Origin: Balanoglossus misakiensis
Taxonomy: Eukaryota > Animalia > Hemichordata
Assembly: GCA_040954595.2 (NCBI GenBank)
Contig: CM082595.2
Span: 1,428,635 to 1,492,634, forward strand
Direction of reading: 5' to 3'
Length of the DNA stretch: 64,000 bases
Of this stretch, positions 50,719-64,000 are shown one piece after another (the stretch's first letter is position 1; every line of letters starts with the position of its first letter). A program made the position numbers and the translations under genes. A model generated the notes under the pieces. It was not told the DNA's origin. It saw nothing but the letters and a program-made list of their open reading frames with translations, and made no database searches.

Positions 50719-52748
50719 CTGAAAACATGTGAAAATATAGGGTATTTTATGACAACAATCTGATGCAGGATTTGGGGGTTCACAGGTCAGATGTCACTTT
50801 GAAATTATTCCTGCTCACACTGAGCACTATACGTGTACAATTCTATTTCTTGCGAATGTGCAAAAAACATACTCAACCTACTGTTAACGTGCATTTCTTA
50901 ACAACAATTGAACAGAATATTCTTTGTCTCCCCAGAGCATGATGTATATATAATTTTATTGGCAGGAGGATTAAGTCATAAAAAGTTTAATTATCAAAGA
51001 CTTGTTTGCTCTATACAAACTGAAGAGATATTGCATATTGTGATAGTAACTCATCTACTCCTCATAAAACAATCATTGGCACAAATATCAATGCACACAT
51101 CCACACACACACATGAACAATATACACATGATGTATGAATATGTGTGTTTGTACATATTTGTATGTAGTCTGACAACTGTTGGATAGCAACTCTGTTTCT
51201 TGTGAGGAGGCAAAAGAGCAGCATCACTTCAATATTATACTCTTAGGTGTTCCACTTGATAATATTCATGGAGTTGGTGGGTTGAAAATTAATACAACTA
51301 TGTTAGGGAGCTGAAACAGCCACTGTGTATCTCACTTTGATAAAGTCAATAGTCTTAAGGAGTTAAAAACCAGCAGTTCTGAGAAAATCTAGGGCGTTCA
51401 GAAAGTAATTCTGAAATCAATACAATCGGCATAGGATTTCATATAGGCAAAGTGAGTTCAATTACTGGAAGTTTAACAGCACACTCAGAACGTGACCTTT
51501 TCTATCAGTGTGTTATTTCTGTCAACATCTACCCTGCCATATCCTCTTGATAACCTGTGACCTAACCTTTGACCTGAAGACCTCTTTGCCATATGATCAC
51601 TGTAATGGGTAGCCATATAGACTACACAACAACAAGGCGATTAGCTTGGGCTACTTAAAGTCTATGATATCTTACACAATCCATCAATCATTACCTTAAA
51701 TTGACCTCAAAATTGTGACTTTCACCAGGAAAGCAATCTATCACCATAGCAAAGTGCCAAGAAATTTCTGCATGATGACTAGAGTGAATTCAGTAAAGGT
51801 CTTTTTACGTTTGTGGGAGTACACGTCCATTTGGCCTCTTTTGTTCACTTTAAGTGACATTCCTTCTTGGTTAGGACTACATGTACTTTGCTTTTAGCTC
51901 TAGTGACATCATTGAAACATTCAATACAGAATCTCGAACACTTCACCAATATATGGACTGGACTCAATACCCCTTTACCATAGTAATATGGTTAAACTGA
52001 CGCTTGCTATTTTCAATATTGTGGGTCGATCAATCCGCAAGTATGGGTAGGGGTACAAGTTTAGTGCGATCAAAATCGGATAGTACGATAAAATATATGG
52101 CAGTCGTCTATCAAGTAAGTGTTAGATTAGAACTGGACTTTTTTACCACTTGTAGTGTGTCATTACCTACTTATGGACTGTTAGACACACAACAACGGAC
52201 CAGGAATTCCTGCTGTTGAAGCCAAAACCACTTGAAGCACAACACAATTCAACACAAATACAAACCTTAACAACTGACAAAACCTGTCGCAAATCTGACG
52301 CTCGTCTGAGGAGCTGCAAAACCTTGGAATGGATCCGTACTAAGTGCGACCACAGAGAAGGCCATCAGCTATGTCGGCCATTTTGTCTTGGTGCACACAC
52401 TCACCCCATAAAAATAGCAAGGCAGTCATAAAGGGGAGATTATTGGAACTCAACAAATAATAGTGTTAACAAGTGCATGTAAATGGGAGAAGACTGTTAA
52501 TGATAGCATAGCTTCTACAGTTTATCTTAAACTTAATTGACTTCATAAAAGTCACAAGGGTTTCATCAGGGTTAACCCGGTTGGGTCATAAATGATAACG
52601 AGAGAGGTGTTGTACTCAAGTATGGCTGTTTAGAGAGAGATCTGGACAATGAACATCTGGTGGTGTGGGACACAACAAAGAGGTGTTTTCACTTAAAAAG
52701 CTCACTTCTTGGTTACAGAGCCCTTTACAACAGTTTTATTCTTGGCCT

Positions 52749-52826
52749 TTAAGGTATACGGTCACCTCTAATTTACATATGTATGTTGTATATGGATAAA
52801 TGGTCATAGGTGACCATATAACTTAA
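52749..52826. mobile_element. TTAA-flanked 78-bp MITE with GG terminus (Kolobok-like)
   Basis: ttaaggtatacggtcacct / aggtgaccatataacttaa, a 19-bp inverted repeat with 2 mismatches. Confidence 0.7.
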
Positions 52827-53289
52827 AACCAGCTATGACTGGCTGGCTGGACCCATGGATGGATGGATGGATAGATGGATCATGAAGTATGGACTATTCC
52901 AAGTTTGAAAGTAAACTCATTAAAATAACGCAAAATAGAAGCTATTGGGGCTTTAATGAGTTCAGTCAATTTCACAGTATTCAATGCAACCTTGACTGAA
53001 CACAAAACCTGTCCACACTACACAATACATGTACATAAAAATACCAGAATCATCACAATATCCATTTTAAATTTCTTATCTGTCATCTTCAATTTTGCTA
53101 TTTTTTCTTTTACTACAAACTCGCCATAAAACTATTGAGCACACTGAATTGTGAACGATCATTTAATTTTACAACTTTGGAAAGGAAAGAGCTGCAGTGC
53201 TCTTAAAACTTAATGGTTACCATGGAAATTGGCAGCTGACTTCACAACTGGAGTCTGCCTCTGTAAATGACTTTAACCTTTTAAGAAAT

Positions 53290-53470
53290 TGAGAATGGAA
53301 AAGGATAATTTTGCGGATTTTGTATCGCTTGTGGTTAACAAAAATGATAGCCCTGCATTGAAGCATGTGAGGATTTGTTTTGAAAACAAAGAAAACAGAT
53401 CGGCGGCCATCTTGAATTTCAAATTTGCGGCAATTTTCGAAATTGATTTTTGAGGTGTATACTACCTTAA
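53290..53470. mobile_element. Probable one-ended fragment of a TTAA-terminated DNA transposon or MITE
   Basis: Ends gaggtgtatactaccttaa (reverse complement ttaaggtagtatac, similar to the 52749 terminus) and contains ggcggccatcttg. The partner end was not found. Confidence 0.5.
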
Positions 53471-54770
53471 AATACAATATGCACACAATTAGCTTCACAA
53501 TGTATACATACAGCAAATACACACAATATTGTTCATCCTATCTTTGTACCGTACTAATAGAATACATCTTTGCGTTTGTGCGCATGTTAGACTATATTTT
53601 TTATAATTTCAGAAGAATAGTGCCATCTGTTGTATTTTCACATGTAATGGATTTTTCTGATAAATGCAATGCACATTGCAAATACTACAGGTGAAGCTGT
53701 GAATCAATGTATCTATTCCAGAATCTTTCTGTCTTGAAAATCTGAAACCATTTGGAGACAGTAGAATACATCTGCGTTAATAACTTCTGGATGTGCTTCT
53801 AGCCTTAGGCATGCAATCTATTTGATGTCTTCTCTACTAATTGGACATCACTATCAAATTTTTTATACTCCCAACGATCCATACCTTATTCCAACATCAA
53901 TTTCTATTGAAAGACACGACTGTCATCAAATTTGGATGTGCTTATTAGAAGAGATAGGTTTGATAACGTGAACGAATGAATAATGAAAGACAAGCATATG
54001 ATATATGGAGGGCTTAATCTAGACTCATCTTGCAAATATTCACCACAAACCTGTATCCAGGCTTGATTGCTAGCTTTATATTACAATTCTTGGACTGATA
54101 TTCTCAAGAGTGTCATATTTTCTGATGTGAAGCTTTTAACATACTAATATTTCTCACCAAAGCTGTAGAATGTTTCCTCAGTTCTTTCTAGACATCTTGT
54201 AAATATATCTAACTATCTATAATTCTAAAAATTTCAATATAAATATGCCTCTCTTATCATAATCATTATCATGAAAATTAACTTTCATTTTTTTTTCATA
54301 TAATAGGTCTGACTAAATATTTCCATATATATTTCACACTCAAATGAGAAAAAATTAACCAATTTTGTAGACAAATCATCCTGATCGATTATACAAATAA
54401 ATGTAATAATAGTAATTTGTCAAATGTAAATATTATAATTATGACAAATTGCATTTTCACATGACATCTTGAAGTGACATTTCCCAATCAGATAATGTAT
54501 CGATGATATTGCAAGTAAAATTATCTTTCACAATCTCTGTACTTTTATGAATATTTTAATAGCTAGCATTAATGTTGCAAGCATTATTGACCTGACAGAA
54601 AGTAATTGGATCAGTATTATATTGAAGTAAACCATTCTAGGTTGACATGTTGTCAAACATACATGTTTCAGAATAAAGTCTCATGTGATAGTTTTGTACA
54701 CAATCTTAGCAGTTTTGTTTATGAAAGAAGCCATCAGTCAAATATATATAGCAATACATCTCAGTTTTTT

Positions 54771-54990
54771 TACACTGTAGCGATGCACTCCTAGTTTATT
54801 GTAACACTGTAGCAACACATTTTCAGTTCATTGTTCCATTGTAGCAACAACCCCCACCCTGAAGATTATTGTAACACTGTAGCAATACACCCCCAAGTTT
54901 ATTGTAACACTGTAGCAATGCACCCCAAGTTTATTGTTACACTGTAGCCATGCACCCAGTTCATTGTTACACTGTAGCCATGCATTACCC
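54771..54990. repeat. Minisatellite of about 31-33 bp, about 7 degenerate copies
   Basis: Unit approximately tttattgtaacactgtagcaatgcaccccaag. Confidence 0.85.
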
Positions 54991-56144
54991 CCCAAGTCCC
55001 AACCCTCTGGTCTGATGGTCTGAAAACTACAGCCAGTGTAAATTGGCTGATGTGAACCCAACTATCCCTCAAGGCAACCTTAATGTGAACTCCTGCAGAC
55101 TAGATATATTCTATATGATGTATGAGATTCATTCCATAGGCCATCCTGCTTGACTTGACAACTCTACCTGTTAATCTGGGCTAGGTCACTACACACAAGT
55201 CAACATAAATAAACATGTCTTTCAGGTCCAGTTCTTTATCGCCATCTCAAATTGATGGCCTTTTAAACTGAAAGAACATGTTTATTGCGAACACAACAAA
55301 CATACCAGGTCATGAACCAACAAACTTTAGTATACACTGGGATTTTTTTGAAATTGTATAGTGTTTCTGGCATATCTCTGTCTAGATTTCAGTTATTTCC
55401 TGCTAGAAGATATCATTAGCACTGGTTATATTTACAGAACGTTCAACTGTTAAAATATAATATCTAATTTCCCATTTTAAATCAATTAATATAATTTTCT
55501 TCTTTGAATGAAAATATAAGCATAAGTTTGACGGATGATATATGACCCAGTGAATAATACCTGCTGATCATTTTTTAACATTATCAATAAAATGAGGTGA
55601 TATACTGAAGTTAAATTTACCATTATCTTGAAGGTTTATTTGAAAAGAACACATATACCGGTAGATTATATTTGAATTGTTAACGGTCTTCCCTCGCACA
55701 GGAACTGATTATTAGTGAATTGAAATACCATATGAACACAGAAAAACTGCACACATATTTACTGAAATCTATGTAAAGGTTTATGAACAGTATTGATGAT
55801 AAATCGTTCTGCTACTAGTATGCAAATTCGCAAAAGGTCAAAATGTCACACACTACCAATATGTTGCAGTCATTTTTCACAAATGATACATATTGTGTAA
55901 AGTACCATAATGTATTGCTGTGCTAAAAACTACAAGCAAAACTGATTAATCATTTGGTTCAGTGCAGGTAAAACCTGCAACTCAGTAACAGACTGCAAAC
56001 TAAAACCATATGTCTCCACAACGAAAGATTTTAATCTAATCCTGGCCTTACTAGCACAACCATCAAATCAGTGGGATTCACAAAATTATGCATCATAAGT
56101 TATATTATTAGTTTTTACAATCTATCAATTAGTTAAAAACTGTA

Positions 56145-56325
56145 TATGTCAGAACACAACTGTTGAAATTGGAAATGCCAGTATAATTTTGATTGGTTGA
56201 AGTTTGAAATGTCAGTACAATTTTGATCAGTTGAAATTTGAAATGTAATTACACAAAGGACTGGTTGACATTTCAAATGTAATTTTACAATTGTAGTAGC
56301 TGAAATTTGAAACGTGAGTACAGTA
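56145..56325. repeat. Degenerate tandem repeat of about 35 bp (a further copy at about 56555-56600)
   Basis: Recurring gattggttgaaatttgaaatgtcagtaca. Confidence 0.65.
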
Positions 56326-59300
56326 TTACCGATTTTCATAACCCTTATCTCCTGGTAATATGTATAGTAGAGGTATAAATCCACTAGTTTATTGAAAAGT
56401 CTGTACCAGTTGATTATAGTCACTTTATTGCCATTGTAACCCATGTTCAAGCAAAAATGTGTATTTTTCTGACAAGTATTAAGTTTTGAATGCATTGTAT
56501 CACCCAAATACCAGGATGTACGGTCATGATTACAGGGGGCATGCAAGTGGCCTATTGATTGGTTGAAATTTGAAATGTCAGAAGAGGATTGATTGGAGCT
56601 GAAAAGACACAAGTCATGCATAATGGCAACCCTGCTGTCAAAGTCAATCTTCTCCTCTTGCAAATTCAGCACACAATAATGAGCATAGAGAAAATGATAA
56701 TCAGTCATGCTCACACTTTTGTATCAATCACTCAAAACCAGCGCAAATTATTCAATGCATCCCGGTATTTTGATAATGGATGAACAATTTCAAAACATTT
56801 CTATACAGTTCAGTTTTGGATTGTAGAATATTGTGACAGTCTTTAGATAAATTGTACACAAATTCATTAAATGAACTTCACTACACTATGTTGAAATAAA
56901 TTTCTTCTTGTTTAGTTAGAATATGTATATAATTTTGTGATATAATTGAGGAACGTGATAAGAAACATTTAACTTTTTATACACAGGTAATGAGCTTGAG
57001 AAACACCAGCTAGAGTCAGAATACACTCCAGCGAAAAATTTCATTCCACTCCAATGCTTTTACCAAGACAGCACGTGTGATGGCTCTGATGAAAAACAAG
57101 AGTTTACATTTACAATAGATTCTGTACGTACTGACTGACTATTTTGTTGTTCAGTGGTGCAGAAATATTCTCCAACTTTCCCAGCCTCTACATTAGCACC
57201 ATCATCATACACAAGTAATCCATATAATTATAACTATATATTTATAGTATAATTAATATTTCTATGTCATCAATAACACTTAATATGTACTTAACTTCAA
57301 AATTTTTCAGTCATTTTCGTCTTACATGTATATAAAATTCTGAAATGTTCACTTGATCATGAAGTCACAGAACTGTTTTTTCTCAAATCACACCGTTGCC
57401 AAACGATCTTGTGTTAACATTTGTGAACAAACAGGTTGATTACTTTCTGATATAAGTCGCAGTGTCTGGGAATGGATTAACACAAATCCAACAAAAGCGT
57501 GACTAGTATTGGATTGCAATCTAACAATTCTACTTCATTACCATGGTAACACGCTTGAAAGAGCAATGTCTCTAGCTTTTTTAGAATTGTGTCCAAAATA
57601 ATGACCTGTAAAACTAATATTATTTTGTTCATTTTAGCACAAATATAGGCATTTAAAATACACTGACATGTTGAATATAAAATGAACATATATGTGAACA
57701 TAACTCTCTGAAAAATTAACAAATTGTTGTTGAAACCAAGCTTTGTATTTTCAAAAGATTAGATTGTTATTTTTATATTTTAACGTGAGACACAGTGCTA
57801 CAACTGACATAAGTTTGTCATGAGTAACTGTTAGTGTGACCTAAAGCCTGTGTTTAGTAACCCCAAGCATGCCCTATGTCTGCCCTTAGCAACCCCTGGT
57901 CTGCCCTTAGTAACCTTGCATGTGCTCCTAAATTAAATCAATGCTGGATGCTCAGTTGGTAGCCACTTCTTAAGCTGTACGAAGAGTTGACACTTTCACA
58001 TGGGCTCACACATAACACTAATCTATCACTGTCTTCTATCAGCATTATGAATTATTCTTTGATTGCACGATATTGAACACAAGTCACTGATAGCTCACAA
58101 GTTTAACATTTTGTAGCAGTAATTGGTATAACTCTTTATAACTACTCACTCCACTAACCCAAATTCTGTTGGATAACATACTTTTCTTAAGTCTACTTTG
58201 TAATTTCATTAAATTGAATTTATTTTTCTTAGAGATTCAAGTTTTTGTTGTGGTTTTATTTCAACAGAAATTACCACTCTATATTCAAGCTGTATGTTTA
58301 TATTGCTATTTGATGGTTGTGCAGAAACCTCACTGAACATTACCAGATACTGTGTTCTTACAAGCAAAGTAGACAGCGTTTTACTATTAAAGGTCAAATT
58401 GAACCTCGACCACCATAAAAACACACACAGACGCCATGACTCATTGCAATTACAGTAATGTAAAATACACCAAACATTTACAAGCTAAAAACGCTACAGT
58501 GACAGCGTGTATTGTATTTCACAGTGACATCCTTTAATACTGACACAATTTCACTAGAAGTGAAGAGACTGCCTATCACTCAATCTTGGACTTGATCAGA
58601 ATGTCATACAGTGGTGATTAAGGGCAGTCAATGAACACACAGATGGGGTAATATTCAGTATAAAAAGTCGAAGTGAAACCACATGAAAAAGCTTTCCAGT
58701 GTAACAATTCATCATACTGGTTCTCCTTCATATAAATCAAAATGCTGAAACATTTTGCCGCATTTCATCACCAGTAAAACATCCGTCACACTACAGTATT
58801 TCTTTAATTAGAACACATATGCCCAAAAGTGTATGCCTATTCACTGTAGGATTTCGAATTGTTCTGACAGCGTCCGATTTGAATAGTGCATTGATCACAT
58901 TCTTCGGTTAATAACTACGCTGGTTTGGTGAGTTTTAATGAATGTGTCGCATTCTTTAGGAATAATGTACAACTTGTGACACTGTATGTGGTATGTATAT
59001 CTCACCACAATACAGTGTACAGATTAAACTGCCACATGTTTGCTTAATTGTAACAATCTTGCTACATTTGAAGTAAAACTAGATCCCTTAGTAACAGATA
59101 CATGTAGTAGCAGTAAAATTGCTACAATTTAAGTAGTTTGACAATTTTTTCAACTGTCAATCATAAAATAAAAGTAGCCTTGGTCAAATGATAACATATG
59201 TAGTTTTATCATCATTAAAACTCAAGTTATAAGTTGTTATAATTTTTTATCAAAAGATAAACACGGCACAGTATTTGTTGATAATCCTCTTACACTAAAA

Positions 59301-62300
59301 TTTATAAGCTGGCTAAGGCACAAATCTAATAAACTTTTTAAAATAAAAATTGATTACATCTCTTTTTAAGAAATAACTTCATGTTAATCTATATTTATTT
59401 CATGTGGCAACATCAGACAATAACTTTTCTATGTAGTGGATCATACTATTATTATGGGAGATCTCTCTTTTGTGGACCATTCCATTTTTGAAAGGTGTGA
59501 CCCCAGAATTTGATTGCTCATCCCATTATAAACATGAAGTGGTCCTGAAGTACAATCTGTATGTTCAACACATCAATGAGTGAACGATTACATTCAATTG
59601 GGATTTGATTTCTTTTTTTTCCATTGAAAAAATGTTGCTGTACGAGAATTATATTTCTTATTTTCAATGTTAGAACAAAGGAAATAATAAGAGGTCACCG
59701 TGTAGATAGTTAACTCACATGCTAGTGTGTTTTACCAAATGACTGCCACAGAGAAATGTCAATTTTCAATCCAGTGGAAGCACAGACAGCAAATGACAAT
59801 TCAATAGATGTTTGCACTGTATCAGAAAAGTCTGTGTCTAATTACATTTTGAATGATCGTGTGTAACTGACAAAGATAGCATCACTTTGACTGATAAAGA
59901 CTCGCTTGTGTTCGCGTGTGCATACAGCGCAAATCTTTTTCAGCCATGCTGTTCATTTAGCCAGTCATACCATTTGTTCTACCATACAGTCATCCATGCC
60001 ATAAGACTGATATATGTACATGTACCCATACAATGTGTACACATCAACAAAAAAACAAAAACGAGACATGCTTTATCTTGTACTAACATCAATAACACTT
60101 CTCTTTCAAAAAGAAAAAGCTATTCTAAATTTTATACATACGAGATGACTGATTTATCTAGGTTTATGAATGTTACATGAATTGAAAGATCATGTACAAA
60201 CATGATCTGACGTTGCTATTTGCGGCTATCATGAATACTTTATCATGATATTTCATTTGAATGTGAAAACCTCAAATTTTAAAGGGGTTGATTGTATAGA
60301 ATTTCTATTTTGTATAAAAATGATTTGGGGTGAGTAAAAGAATGATAAACAAATTCTTGTTTCAGTGATAAAAACATGTAATGTACAACTTAAAAATTTT
60401 CAGAATAAAATACAACCAAAAGGTTAAAATAACAGGAGACAAAAAAAACAGTGTTCCGTTTTATTTTTTACTAATTGTGATATGATTAAGATGATTATGA
60501 AGAAATAATTTGAAAATACTTAATGGACTAAACAATCTGATACAGTCAGTTTTGTTTTAATTGATTAATCAAACTAATAAGATTAAAATAATTACAGCAT
60601 ACAACTAAATCAACATAATCTTTCAAAAATTGAAATGATGACTTGTTCATGCAGAACTGAAACACACACGTATTCAGAAAATGAAACCTATCATTGAATA
60701 CAACGTGTGTACAAATAGAGAGTTCAGATATTCATCTGTTAGAATCATTGCATAGTAACTTTAAACCTAGCACTGTGCAATACAACTAAAAATACTGCTG
60801 AAAAAATATCAAAATAGCTGCTTTAGTTAACACATCTACATAAGGGAAAATAGAAAGCTAAAAATACTGAGTGTAAATTTAACAAAAATGTAACAGAAAC
60901 ATTGCTACCACACTGAATACTAGGTCAGACCTCGGAGTTTTTTTGAAACAGACATGGCCATTGTAATACTAAATTTACAATGATTGCAAAGCTATAAAAT
61001 ATTGACATGTATATAGTGCATCTATGATTAACCTGAGTACTGTGACAGAAAAAATTGTCCATTTTACTCGGAAATAATATTGTCGTAATTTAACTGCGAA
61101 TAAAATTGGTTATCGTACGGTTGGAAGCATGCTGTGAGATATATAGACACACACGTACACATGCATGTATACACATTTACACAACCAGGAAGAAGACAGG
61201 TATAGCACTGACTTTCCCAGGAAACTCAAATATGGCAGCCATTAAATTAGATGTTAGTAATGTACACACAATGAAAAGAGACTAAACCACATGAAGCAGA
61301 GCTCCATTTAATTCACGTCAAGGACTTGCCAGTTATATGAAGTGGAGTACACTATATACTGTCTTCAGGTAAATGAAATTAACAGATAATAATCGGTTTG
61401 CAAAGAGGTAGTTCTTGTTAATATATACACACACGCACAATGCTATCATTACTAGAAAGATATTAACAAGTGTCTTTATGATGTCAAGATTTAACGTTTG
61501 AAACAAGAAATATCCGATACTGACCTGGTCGATGTCTCTGTTGGACTACAACGGGTTTAGCAATACTTGATTCTAATCACAGCAATAGAGCTAGTCTATT
61601 GATACAAGCAATGTCGCCGCACACATAACACTAACCACAAAGACTGTGCAGTGGAATCAAAACACTCTCGTCGACTGAATGGAAAATCCAACGCGAAGAA
61701 CACCCCAGTACGTCCGACAATGCTCAGCAATGACATGCGAGATGTCTGCCCATGCAGAAAATAGCATTTGCAATGAAGACTATGAAGGCACACAACAACA
61801 GCAAAAGAACAAACAGTGTGTGTGTATGCCCATTAAATTGTGACTGAGCTGCTTCTATCATACAGACACAGGCATTGGCTGTCATACGTAATGACTGCGT
61901 ACACTGAAGCATTGACAATAAATCAACTGCTACTTCTATTCTATCTACTGCCCTCAATGGCGCCTTGATTTCATCTAGGTCACACACAAACCCATGCTAG
62001 CCTCAGATGTTGGCCTCAATATTTAACCAGTTAAGGAGTGTTGCTCCATAGAAACCATATCAAACCAATTATTGGCCAAATTTTCACACAAATGCAATAT
62101 AACAGGCCCATTACTGTTAGTGAGTTGACTCAATCCAGGTCGCATACGAGACTATTAAAGCACGCTACTTACAACGACTGACTTCCATGTTTGTAACGGG
62201 TTAAAGCAAGCACTACAATTCACATAACAACCACCAAAAATACAATAATTCCCACCTGACCATATTTTCTGAATGAAACTACAGATAATGCAGTTCTGCG

Positions 62301-62897
62301 ATGCTTTCACGTACAAGATAAGTACAGAAAAAAGGAATACAAAATGAAGGTTTGATGTAGGGAGTTACATCAGTATATTGGTATGTGTCTAGATAATTTG
62401 GTAGGAAAATACCCAAGTTTGTTGTACTTCATAGAAGAGCCACAAGAGTAACATGGCCCCCTCTCTTGACCTATTCACCTTCAGTTTAGGGCACCATGTT
62501 TTAACAACATGCTTCCAGTGGAAAGAAAACAATGAAACAGCCGGTCGTCATAGCAACATGGAGATTCGGTAACAGGGAGATGGGACAGTTCGTGAAAATT
62601 CACCATTTGTCCTTCAATACTCTTCATGTACATGTATTTGTTAAGTGAATAGAATTGTCATGAGACCGTTGGAGTATAAGCATTTCTATAGTTGCCACTT
62701 TGCAGCTGTGTGTACATAGTTCTCGGGTGTAAGGTGAAAGAAGTCTCACCAGTGTGTGGTAGAGTCATTCAGCAACAATCTACAAAGTCTAAAATAAGTT
62801 GAGGTCACTAGCTATATTTATACTGCTCTAAATGTCTGCTCTGTACCTCAGCAATCTGCTCTCTCCATTGAACTCATTTACATGTCAATATTGTCAC

Positions 62898-62990
62898 TTA
62901 ACCCTTTCACCCCAAGTTCCCTTTTTAGAGGTCCAACGTTACCATAGAAAACACTGGATTTGGACTGAACCATGGTGGTGAAAGGGTTAA
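62898..62990 (-). mobile_element. piggyBac-like MITE, complete copy in reverse orientation
   Basis: ttaaccctttcacc...ggtgaaagggttaa; 93 bp including both TTAA; the body is the reverse complement of the 20942 copy. Confidence 0.87.
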
Positions 62991-64000
62991 TTCTCTGATT
63001 TCTCTACATTCTTTCTTTTCAAGGTAGTGGCTTGTCTTCCACAGAAAACTCTCTACTCAACCCTTCAGGCAACAAACAACATCCAAAGCACAGTTACACT
63101 CCAATTCAACTGAACTACACAGAGTCTTGAAAATTCTCCAATTTCAAATACAATAACACACTCAAACAGAAGCAACACGGTCAGCAGTGTAGCTTAACAA
63201 GCTCAAAAGCAGAATGCAAAAATTTGTGAGTAGTGGAACAATACAAGGGACTATAAGCCCTGGAATGGGAAGGGGAGGGAAAGAGTGTTTCTTTTCTGGC
63301 CGAATAGCTGTCAAGAAAAGGAAAAGCAATGGATTGTTTTTTTCTGGTGACCAACTTGTATCAACAACCCCAGCTTTACACACCTCACAACTTCAAGAAA
63401 CTTTGCAATCTTTACGCTACAAACACCAGTGACTATGAACACACACTTTTCTGAGTTTGAGAACTCTTTCAAGTTTACAGGCTACCTAACTCCCTATAAT
63501 TCAGAAATGTTAGCTACACTGTGAGATATGAAACAGCAAAGAGTGCAATTTCCGTGATAGCTTTCTGATGTTTGAAGCTCTGCAAAGGTTTCAAATATCA
63601 AACACAACAGATTTGTAAGGTTTCCAGTTTTTCTGAAAATCTCCCCCAAAGGGGGATTCAACTGCTATGCTGTTGATAGATTTATGGCTGTACCTATTTT
63701 GTGCTGAGAACTTAGAATACAGTGAATTAGTAAACAAAGGATAGGTTTTTGTAAATGTAAGTTGGCCATGTATAGTGGTCATTCATGTGAGTTTTGTTAG
63801 TCGGTGTTTTCATGTGATTCTGTTTGTGTCAGTGCAGATTCCACTTGGTTGAAAGCATTCTTTTCTTTTCATTGTGTACTTCATTTACTCTGAAACACTC
63901 GCTGTTCTATCACTGATTAACGGTTCAACTTAATAGATCCTTTGTTGGCACAGTGTACAGTTAGATCTGTTGCCCCGCTACATGTTTTATTGATCAAAAT

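Larger units (their letters stand above)
50719..64000 (-). other. Large RERE intron (at least 13.3 kb; no convincing coding exon seen)
   Basis: Acceptor at 50719-50721. I found no SANT, ELM2 or BAH coding exon upstream within the window, and the listed short ORFs show no recognisable homology. Confidence 0.7.

Noticed and set aside
56133-56714. 193-aa minus-strand ORF in the RERE intron
   Set aside because: Overlaps a degenerate tandem repeat, shows no recognisable domain, and does not match the expected SANT or ELM2 exons.

Overview
Eukaryotic, AT-rich, intron-rich animal DNA; the gene sequences suggest an invertebrate deuterostome (inference, not tested). Positions 1-19834 are a tandem array of an 87-bp satellite. 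It runs forward to 16022 and flips orientation at a short scrambled junction (16023-16036). It then runs in reverse, including about 31 copies of a diverged subfamily, and ends abruptly at 19834, immediately before CTTAA. All satellite ORFs are periodicity artefacts. Four genes follow, assembled by hand from GT-AG sites with consistent phases. (1) Vigilin/HDLBP: minus strand, 19 coding exons, about 1287 aa; its predicted 3' end lies about 190 bp from the satellite. (2) N-acetylneuraminate lyase NPL: plus strand, 12 coding exons, about 324 aa. (3) A GH56 hyaluronidase: minus strand, 3 exons, about 431 aa, convergent with NPL, with probably overlapping 3' UTRs. (4) The 3' half of RERE/atrophin: minus strand, with the upstream exons beyond an intron of at least 13 kb. 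Introns and UTRs carry several small non-autonomous DNA transposon families (TTAA-CCCT piggyBac-like, TTAA-RR Kolobok-like, TA-flanked Tc1/mariner-like), one nested foldback element, and micro- and minisatellites. No new protein system is evident. The most unusual signals are the satellite inversion directly downstream of vigilin, the microhomology-stitched junction, and hints that the satellite derives from a TTAA-type transposon.
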